From Patescibacteria group bacterium (GTDB lineage: Bacteria; Patescibacteriota; Patescibacteriia; Patescibacteriales; UBA12465): a stretch of 64,000 nt of DNA. Each line of letters begins with the position of its first letter. The first letter of the stretch is position 1. The notes under the pieces were generated by a model that was not told the DNA's origin, did no database searches, and was given only the letters and a program-made list of their open reading frames with translations. The DNA lies in the NCBI GenBank assembly GCA_022710685.1, contig JAKLGM010000002.1, positions 1,701 to 65,700 on the forward strand. The letters are read 5' to 3'. Shown piece by piece: positions 29,075-35,417 of the stretch. Position numbers and translations under genes: made by a program.

Positions 29075-30205
29075 ATGAATTTTCGCAAAAAAGGCTTCAC
29101 TCTCATTGAGTTGTTGGTAGTTATCGCCATTATTGGCGTTTTAGCCACTATTTCTATCATCGCTCTCCAAAATGCTCGGGCTAAATCCCGCGATGCTAAA
29201 AGAGCGGGTGATATGAAACAAGTGCAAACGGCTCTAGAGTTGTTCTTTAATGACAAGAATCGTTATCCGACCGTGGAGGAGTGGACTACTGGCCAGATCT
29301 ATTCCACCTCCTCTGGTTCTACTTCTACCTATATGCAGATTATCCCTAATGCTTCAACCCCAGCCGATGGCCCTTGCACTGATACTCAAAACACTTTTTA
29401 TTACCAACAAACCGAGAATGGTAATTCCTATAATATTTCCTTCTGTTTGGGCAACACTACGGGCACTTTGGATGGTGGCCTAAAATGTTTGACCCCAGCA
29501 GGTATTATGGACACAGATTGTAGCGGCGGAGGCGGCGGGACTCCACCCCCAGCTTTTACTTGCGGCGACCAAGTTAATATTACCACTCTTGCTGGCCATA
29601 CTTGTAATACCGGCGCTCCGGATTATGACACCTGTACCTATGATACAGTTTCAATCGGCACCCAATGTTGGATGCAGGAGAATTTGAATGTTGGCAGCCA
29701 AGTCGCTGGCACCTCCGACCAATTTAATAATTCTACTTTAGAAAAATATTGTTTTGATGATACTTCCACCAATTGCCAAAACGATGGCGCTTTATACCAA
29801 TGGGATGAAACTATGCAGTATTCCGTTGCCGAAGGAGCTCAAGGCATCTGCCCGACTGGTTGGCATATTCCTAGCGATGCTGAACAAAATATACTTGATC
29901 AATATTTGAATGATACCACTTGTGTGGCTAATCGGGTTGGGGCTTGGGATTGTGCTAATGCCGGTACTAAGTTACAAGTCGGCGGCAGTTCTGGTTTCGA
30001 AGGTATATTAGCCGGCAACCGCAATAGTAGCGGGCTTTTTGATTTTCAAGGGATGCTCGGATTTATTTGGTCATCTTCTGCTATTTCACCTTCGGTTCCC
30101 GGCTCAGATGTTTGGTTCCGTAATTTAGAAGCGTTTTCTGAGTTCGTTTATCGTGGCTATAATTATCGGGTCGATGGTTTTTCTGTTCGTTGTCTCAAGG
30201 ATTAA
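29075..30205 (+). CDS. Type IV pilin-like protein with a FISUMP lectin-like head (paralog of the DGR target; not matched to the TR)
   Basis: KKGFTLIELLVVIAIIGVL prepilin motif. FISUMP blocks: SIGTQCWMQENLNVG, GALYQWDE, CPTGWHIPSDAEQ, GFEGILAGNR, IWSSS, FSVRCLKD. Confidence 0.85.
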   Translation: MNFRKKGFTLIELLVVIAIIGVLATISIIALQNARAKSRDAKRAGDMKQVQTALELFFNDKNRYPTVEEWTTGQIYSTSSGSTSTYMQIIPNASTPADGPCTDTQNTFYYQQTENGNSYNISFCLGNTTGTLDGGLKCLTPAGIMDTDCSGGGGGTPPPAFTCGDQVNITTLAGHTCNTGAPDYDTCTYDTVSIGTQCWMQENLNVGSQVAGTSDQFNNSTLEKYCFDDTSTNCQNDGALYQWDETMQYSVAEGAQGICPTGWHIPSDAEQNILDQYLNDTTCVANRVGAWDCANAGTKLQVGGSSGFEGILAGNRNSSGLFDFQGMLGFIWSSSAISPSVPGSDVWFRNLEAFSEFVYRGYNYRVDGFSVRCLKD

Positions 30206-30231
30206 ATAACTTTTACCACTGATTTGCAAAA

Positions 30232-30261
30232 ACACCGCAGATTGTTCTGCGGTGTTTTTTG
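30232..30261 (+). terminator. Intrinsic terminator after the first tandem pilin gene
   Basis: acaccgcag-attgtt-ctgcggtgt followed by tttttt. Confidence 0.8.
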
Positions 30262-30437
30262 TTAGTAGTCCTCCGAGAGGAGATATCTAAACATTTAAGC
30301 GAAATTATTGAGGAAATTAAGATCTGGGCGGTGTTTTTGACACTGATAAATTAATATTACTTTTTATAACTAGAAAAGTCAATTAACTTAAAGTCTAAAT
30401 TTTTTGTTTTAAAACCCAGTTCAAATCTGCCCCAATA

Positions 30438-30466
30438 TTGCCGGGGGGGGGGGGATATGGTATAAT
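30438..30466 (+). promoter_or_regulatory. Promoter of the DGR target gene, with a G12 homopolymer in the spacer
   Basis: ttgccg (30438-30443), 17-nt spacer, tataat (30461-30466), with TGg extended -10 at 30458-30460. The spacer is dominated by the G run at 30443-30454. Confidence 0.65.
30443..30454. repeat. Homopolymeric G12 tract
   Basis: The sequence ccgggggggggggggat contains 12 consecutive G. Confidence 0.95.
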
Positions 30467-30505
30467 ACGAGTATTAATAAAAGTTAAGTATTAATCTTGT
30501 TTTAT

Positions 30506-31609
30506 ATGAAATCTAAAAAAGCCTTCACCCTCATCGAGCTCTTAGTAGTAATAGCCATCATTGGTATCTTAGCAACTATTTCCGTTTTAGCTCTCAATAA
30601 TGCTAGGGCTAAATCCCGTGACGCCAAAAGAGTGGGGAATATGAAACAAGTCCAAACAGCCCTAGAGCTATTCTTTAACGACAAACAAAGATATCCCACC
30701 GCTGAAGAATGGAACACTGGAAAAATATACTCCACTACCACCAATTCCACCTCGACCTATATGCAAATAATACCAGTTGCTCCCACCCCTAATGATGGTA
30801 ATTGTACCACCGATCAAAACGCTATTAACTATATCCCTACCTCAGACGGAGCATCCTATTCTATCTCTTTCTGTCTGGGAGGTACTACCGGAACCCTAGC
30901 TCCCGGACCAAAATGTTTGACTCCTAGTGGAATTGTGGATATGGATTGTAGCGCTGGTAGTCCACCAGCTTTTGCTTGTGGTATTAGCCAAGTTACAATT
31001 TCTTCTATTGCCGGCCACACTTGTAATACTGGCGCCCCAGACTATGACACTTGTACCTATGACACTGTTGATATTAACGGTCAATGCTGGATGAAGCAAA
31101 ATATGAATATCGGTACTTATGTCACTGGTGCCACTACCCAAACCAATGACTCTAATTTACAAAAATATTGTTACGGCGATAATACCGGTAATTGTCTAAC
31201 TGACGGCGGTCTCTATCAATGGGATGAAGCTATGCAATATTCCGTCACTGAATTAGCTCAAGGCGTTTGCCCCGATGGTTGGCATATCCCCACTGACGCT
31301 GAACAAAATACGCTTGACCAATCATTAAATGATACTACTTGTAATGCTAATAGAATCGGGGATTGGGATTGTGCTAACGCCGGCACTAAATTACAAACTG
31401 GAGGTACTTCCGGATTTGAGGGTCTCTTAGCCGGCTACCGCGATCCCGGTGGGTTGTTCTACCTTCAGGGGACGTACGCGCTCTTCTGGTCGTCATCGAT
31501 TAGCGGGTCTGATGCTTGGGATCGGTACTTGCTCACTGGCCTCGCGACCGTTTTCCGCAATCATAGTGACCGAGCCCACGGCTTTTCTGTGCGTTGTCTT
31601 CAGGACTAA
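30506..31609 (+). CDS. DGR target (variable) protein: type IV pilin-like N-terminus plus a FISUMP/C-type-lectin-like head carrying the VR
   Basis: The ATG at 30506 gives MKSKKAFTLIELLVVIAIIG. FISUMP blocks: INGQCWMKQNMNIG, GGLYQWDEAM, CPDGWHIPTDAEQ, GFEGLLAGYR, FWSSS, FSVRCLQD. The last 177 nt are the VR. Confidence 0.9.
   Translation: MKSKKAFTLIELLVVIAIIGILATISVLALNNARAKSRDAKRVGNMKQVQTALELFFNDKQRYPTAEEWNTGKIYSTTTNSTSTYMQIIPVAPTPNDGNCTTDQNAINYIPTSDGASYSISFCLGGTTGTLAPGPKCLTPSGIVDMDCSAGSPPAFACGISQVTISSIAGHTCNTGAPDYDTCTYDTVDINGQCWMKQNMNIGTYVTGATTQTNDSNLQKYCYGDNTGNCLTDGGLYQWDEAMQYSVTELAQGVCPDGWHIPTDAEQNTLDQSLNDTTCNANRIGDWDCANAGTKLQTGGTSGFEGLLAGYRDPGGLFYLQGTYALFWSSSISGSDAWDRYLLTGLATVFRNHSDRAHGFSVRCLQD
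31430..31606 (+). repeat. DGR variable region (VR)
   Basis: Gap-free 177-nt alignment to 32191-32367. By hand count there are 36 mismatches, 25 of them at TR adenines. The 3' 29 nt are identical. Confidence 0.88.
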
Positions 31610-31612
31610 TTC

Positions 31613-31639
31613 GACTATTTTGACTATTTTGACTATTTT
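31613..31639 (+). repeat. 3 x 9-bp tandem repeat (gactatttt)
   Basis: Three perfect tandem copies begin 4 nt after the target-gene stop codon. Confidence 0.9.
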
Positions 31640-31640
31640 T

Positions 31641-31662
31641 CCGCCTCGTGTCAGCGAGGCGG
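31641..31662 (+). promoter_or_regulatory. GC-rich hairpin downstream of the VR (candidate DGR target-recognition hairpin and/or terminator)
   Basis: ccgcctcg-tgtcag-cgaggcgg: an 8-bp GC-rich stem with a 6-nt loop, 35 nt after the VR end. Confidence 0.55.
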
Positions 31663-31680
31663 AATTAATTAATTTTCCTT

Positions 31681-32025
31681 ATGGCTACTTATGATAATCT
31701 GCCGGTGTATAAAGCCAGTTATGATTTACTGCTGGAAATATTCATTTTCAGCAAGAATATGGATAAGGAATATAAATATACCATTGGGGATGATTTGAAA
31801 AAAGAAACCACGGCCATGATTACCAATATCTACCGTGCGAATTGCAGTCAGAATAAAAAAGAGTTAATCCAAGGTGGTCGGAAAAATTTAGAAGTCATCA
31901 GATTATATTTACGCTTAATCAAAGATTTGAAACAGATATCTCTATTAAAATTCGTAAAGATTAATGAAATTATTGAATCAATTTCTAAACAATTGAATTT
32001 TTGGCAAAATGCCATGAAATCATAA
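31681..32025 (+). CDS. avd: Accessory variability determinant (Avd)-like four-helix-bundle protein (TIGR02436 / 23S rRNA-IVS protein family)
   Basis: 114 aa. LPVYKASYDLLLEIFIFSKNM.KEYKYTIGDDLKKETTAMITNIYRAN fits the family pattern. It sits between the VR and the TR. Confidence 0.8.
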   Translation: MATYDNLPVYKASYDLLLEIFIFSKNMDKEYKYTIGDDLKKETTAMITNIYRANCSQNKKELIQGGRKNLEVIRLYLRLIKDLKQISLLKFVKINEIIESISKQLNFWQNAMKS

Positions 32026-32190
32026 TGGGCCAGAGTCGTCATCGGTTACGGCCATGGCGAGTGCGCCTCACTAGTCCAATAATCCACTAAATTTTTTTAA
32101 ATTTAGTAATTGACGGAGCAACCTGTCATTTTGCTGATTTTTTAATAAAATATCAAATCAGCCGAAGAGTTTAGCGATTATTATAAAAGA

Positions 32191-32367
32191 GCCGGCAACC
32201 GCAATACCAATGGGTCGTTCAACAATCAGGGAACGAACGCGAACTTCTGGTCATCTACCATTAGTGGACCGGACGCCTGGAATCGGAACTTGAACACCGG
32301 CTATGCGACCGTTAACCGCAATCATAATGACCAAGCCAACGGCTTTTCTGTGCGTTGTCTTCAGGAC
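32191..32367 (+). repeat. DGR template repeat (TR)
   Basis: Non-coding copy of the VR. Read in the VR frame, it has 14 AAY codons among 59 (AGNRNTNGSFNNQGTNANFW...NRNLNTGYATVNRNHNDQAN). It lies 55 nt upstream of the RT start. Confidence 0.88.
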
Positions 32368-32422
32368 TGGTCAAAAGGAGCCATATAACAATGGCTTCTT
32401 TTATTTTACTAAAATATTTTTT

Positions 32423-33634
32423 ATGTCCGATAAACTTCTTGTTGACCTCTTTCAAGCCTATTACGACGCTCGGCGTTACAAGAGAAATACGATGAGCGCT
32501 TTAAATTTTGAAATTAATTTAGAGCATAATATATTTGAATTATATAAAGAGATAAAAAATGGTACTTATCAAATTAGTCCCAGTCTGGCCTTTATAATTT
32601 TCGATCCGGTTCAGCGGGAAATTATCGCTTCTCCCTTTCGGAATCGAGTCGTTCATCATCTCGTTTTTAATTATATTAACCCTATTCTGGAAAAGCTCTT
32701 TATTTCAGACAGTTATAGCTGTCGCCAGGGCAAGGATATCAGTTACGGAGTTAAGCGAGTCGCCCATTTTGTCCGGTCTAGTTCACAAAATTATCGGACC
32801 GATAATTATATTCTTAAACTAGATATTTCCGGCTATTTTATGAGTATTAATCAAAAGATATTATATGATAAGGTAGAGAATTATTTATTAAGACATAACA
32901 CTAATTATCCTTTCGATTTAAAATTAATTTTAGCTCTATTAAAGAAAATTGTTTTTCACGATTATATCAAGGATTGCGTTATTAGAGGCGGGCACACTAA
33001 TTGGCAAAAATTACCCCGCAATAAAAGCTTATTTTTTACCCCTCCGGGTTTTGGTTTGCCGATAGGTAATTTAACCTCGCAATTATTTAGCAATGTTTAC
33101 CTTAATGATTTTGATCATTATATTAAACGGAATTTGAAGTTTAAATATTATGGCCGTTATGTTGATGATTTAATAATCATTGACGGCAGTAAAGAGAGCC
33201 TCCAAATAGCTATGGCCAAAATTGCGGAATATTTATCAGCAAATCTGAATCTAAAAATTCACCCCAGAAAAATATATTTACAGCCCTACACTAAGGACGT
33301 TAATTTTTTGGGCGGAATTATTAAGCCTTATAGAGTTTATGTCCGTCATCGGACTAAAGCTAGTTTTTATCGCTCAGTGGCTAAGTCCAATAATATTTTA
33401 AAAAATATAGATGTAGAAAAGAAAGCGCTAAGAAAAATTTTATCCAGTTTTAATTCCTATTTAGGATCATTGGGGCAATATAAAACCTATAATTTACGGC
33501 GTAAAATATTGGATAACAAACTATCTCCGGCCTTTTCGCGTTATTATAGATTGGGAAGTGGCAAGTTTAGATATAAGAAAATTATTTTGAAGAGATATTT
33601 TAAACTTATCCCCAGCTCCACCAAGCACGATTAA
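32423..33634 (+). CDS. DGR-type reverse transcriptase
   Basis: The ATG at 32423 gives MSDKLLVDLFQAYYDARRYKR. Motifs include GLPIGNLTSQLFSNVYLNDFD (DGR-specific [ILV]GxxxSQ), YGRYVDDLIII (YxDD), and FLGGIIKP. The track start at 32303 is an out-of-frame readthrough of the TR. Confidence 0.9.
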   Translation: MSDKLLVDLFQAYYDARRYKRNTMSALNFEINLEHNIFELYKEIKNGTYQISPSLAFIIFDPVQREIIASPFRNRVVHHLVFNYINPILEKLFISDSYSCRQGKDISYGVKRVAHFVRSSSQNYRTDNYILKLDISGYFMSINQKILYDKVENYLLRHNTNYPFDLKLILALLKKIVFHDYIKDCVIRGGHTNWQKLPRNKSLFFTPPGFGLPIGNLTSQLFSNVYLNDFDHYIKRNLKFKYYGRYVDDLIIIDGSKESLQIAMAKIAEYLSANLNLKIHPRKIYLQPYTKDVNFLGGIIKPYRVYVRHRTKASFYRSVAKSNNILKNIDVEKKALRKILSSFNSYLGSLGQYKTYNLRRKILDNKLSPAFSRYYRLGSGKFRYKKIILKRYFKLIPSSTKHD

Positions 33635-34030
33635 ATTATCTCGTCAAAATCTCAAAAATCACCCCCAAAATCAGCCCTTAACCTATCCCCGAATTTATGC
33701 TATGATACATTTAGACTTAATCAATAAAATTATATAATCTCGGAACCCATTGTTGAACGGATGTCGCTCGCATGAAACGCAAAATAAAAATAAAACTCAT
33801 AAAATAATATCCCCTGTAAATTAGCAAAGTCTTTCTTTGCCAATTGAAACTAATTAACCAGCATTTGTCCGTGCTCGGTTTTTTTTGTTTTGGCAAAGAC
33901 TATTAATTTCGTCGTCGCCTGTTTAGTTAGCGAAACAGGTCAATGATTCCTTTAATGTAAACAAGCGTATTAGTTTGTTTTAGCCTATTGGTGGCACTTG
34001 CCCCGTCGCTAGTGGCTAGTTCTGTTCTTT

Positions 34031-34140
34031 AATCTCTCATTTTTGACCGTCCCCCCAAGCATTGTTTTTTATTTTTTTTTCGGCGAGGCTTGTCCGCTCG
34101 CCGAAAAAATAAAAACAAGCTGGGGGCGGTAAATGAGATT
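34031..34140. repeat. Long imperfect palindrome centred on a GC hairpin (bidirectional terminator and/or replication origin)
   Basis: aatctc(tc)attt..accg.cccccaagc.ttgtttttt.atttttttttcggcgag-gcttgtccg-ctcgccgaaaaaataaaaacaagctgggggcggtaaatgagatt. The core stem is cggcgag/ctcgccg. Confidence 0.7.
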
Positions 34141-34217
34141 TTAAATAAAAGTAGTGTTTGTTCGCCGTGTGCCTCTATTAGACTTGACTATAGGCACACT
34201 TAACGCCGTTATAACTT

Positions 34218-35006
34218 ATGGAAATTAAACCACGAGTTTATCGGCAGAAGCTGATAGAGTCGGGTGATTATGTAGAAATATATGATTATGAGAACTTCAT
34301 TAAAATTAATCAAAAGAGAAGACATGGAAGAATTAAAAAGGAAAAAATTAAGCAACCACATGAAGATGATAACAGTGAATTGAGTAAAGTATTAAAAAGT
34401 GAATTTTCCTATAGGCGAAGTCGGTCAAATATTGTTAGACTGGTAAATTCTAACCCCGATTTAAGAGTATTTATCACGCTAACCTTTGATAGCCATAAAT
34501 TCGGGGATAAGCCGTTTACTGATTTTAAAGAATGTAATTTGATATTTTCTAATTTCATTAAACGACTAAAACGGAAATATCCCGATTTAAAATATCTGGC
34601 CGTGCCCGAATTTCAAAGCGACTATTATCACCGCACCAATATCCGAAAAGAATTTGGCGGTAATATTCATTATCACTTATTATCTAATTTGCCGTTTATT
34701 GAGAACACCGCTCTCGAGAAAATCTGGGGCTACGGATTCATTAAAATCAATAATATCCGACAGGTGTCTGCTGTCGGTCCGTATGTCGCTAAATACATCG
34801 GCAAAGAATTATTTGACGGTCGCTTAAATGGAAAGAAAAAACTATTTTATTCGAGGACTCTTAATCGCTCTAAAATTATTATTACCTACTCAAAAATAAA
34901 AGAATATCTTAATAACTTAAAATCACCTCTCAAGCTTTTGCACGAGACAACTTACAAGTCCGAATATCTCGGCAGAGCTCGCTATCGGCTCTATAAAAAT
35001 AGTTAG
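34218..35006 (+). CDS. Rolling-circle replication initiator, HUH superfamily, Y2 type (phiX174 gpA-like motifs)
   Basis: Motif I is VFITLTF, motif II is IHYHLLSN (HUH), and motif III is GPYVAKYIGK. The YxxxY pair compares with phiX174 A protein YVAKYVNK. Confidence 0.65.
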   Translation: MEIKPRVYRQKLIESGDYVEIYDYENFIKINQKRRHGRIKKEKIKQPHEDDNSELSKVLKSEFSYRRSRSNIVRLVNSNPDLRVFITLTFDSHKFGDKPFTDFKECNLIFSNFIKRLKRKYPDLKYLAVPEFQSDYYHRTNIRKEFGGNIHYHLLSNLPFIENTALEKIWGYGFIKINNIRQVSAVGPYVAKYIGKELFDGRLNGKKKLFYSRTLNRSKIIITYSKIKEYLNNLKSPLKLLHETTYKSEYLGRARYRLYKNS

Positions 35007-35053
35007 CAATATCGTCTTTGATTCTTTTAGGTAAAACATAAGCCCTCTAACCA

Positions 35054-35215
35054 ATGATTACTATCGAGGCCCTTAAAAAATTAATAGTAAGTCGTGGTCG
35101 ACAGTATTCCGATGACGAATTGGAGACAGTTAGACGCGACTTATACCAACTTGCTCATCTCTCGTTTAAGTATTATCTCAATCAACAAAATATACTAACA
35201 AAATCAATAAAATAA
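35054..35215 (+). CDS. Small hypothetical ORF (53 aa) between Rep and the recombinase
   Basis: ATG at 35054 giving MITIEALKKLIVSRGRQYSDDELETVRRDLYQLAHLSFKYYLNQQNILTKSIK. It is below the track threshold, helical-looking, and sits where an excisionase/RDF might lie. The function is pure speculation. Confidence 0.25.
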   Translation: MITIEALKKLIVSRGRQYSDDELETVRRDLYQLAHLSFKYYLNQQNILTKSIK

Positions 35216-35330
35216 ATGAAAAATATTGTAAAAATTAAAATATATGTTATTATCCTTAATGGACACAATTAAATCAAAGTATATCAACCATTCTCAAATC
35301 ACAATGACGGCAGATGAGTCGTTTTGATAT

Positions 35331-35396
35331 AAAGAGAGCAGTGGCTGTTTCAGTTATACTTTGTATAATTGTGTCCAACAGTTCACTGCTCTCTTT
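35331..35396. repeat. 13-bp perfect inverted repeat flanking a TATAAT box upstream of the recombinase gene
   Basis: aaagagagcagtg (35331-35343) pairs with cactgctctcttt (35384-35396). tataat lies at 35364-35369 inside the loop. A second inverted repeat pairs ggacacaatt (35261-35270) with aattgtgtcc (35367-35376). Confidence 0.7.
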
Positions 35397-35417
35397 TTAT
35401 TATTAACTTTTAACCCT

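Larger units (their letters stand above)
30506..33634 (+). mobile_element. Diversity-generating retroelement cassette (target/VR - avd - TR - RT)
   Basis: VR/TR repeat pair with adenine-biased mismatches, an Avd-like ORF, and an RT with the IGNLTSQ and YVDD motifs. The gene order matches the BPP-1 prototype. Confidence 0.9.

Noticed and set aside
29990-30205. The C-terminus of the first tandem pilin gene as a second VR of this DGR.
   Set aside because: Only the first 16 nt match the TR. After that the differences are not adenine-specific, there is a ~15-nt insertion, and the 3' end (ggtttttctgttcgttgtctcaaggat) differs from the TR/IMH at non-A positions. I treat it as a paralog or decayed copy.
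30443-30454. The G12 tract as a G-quadruplex element.
   Set aside because: It is a single G run without the four spaced G tracts needed for an intramolecular quadruplex. Slipped-strand spacing variation is the simpler reading.
31613-31639. The short tandem repeats as a CRISPR array.
   Set aside because: They are 9-bp units in direct tandem with no spacers. There are no cas genes in the window.
31449-31694. Track ORF 31449-31694 and the N-terminal extension of the RT ORF (32303-32422).
   Set aside because: Both are the same out-of-frame translation (..PTAFLCVVFRT..) of the VR and the TR respectively. This is a by-product of the repeat. The real RT start is the ATG at 32423, preceded by the non-coding TR.
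32423-33634. The RT as a retron or group II intron reverse transcriptase.
   Set aside because: It has the DGR-type IGNLTSQ motif, an adjacent Avd-like gene and a TR/VR pair. There is no maturase/endonuclease domain, no intron RNA domains, and no msr/msd-like inverted repeats.
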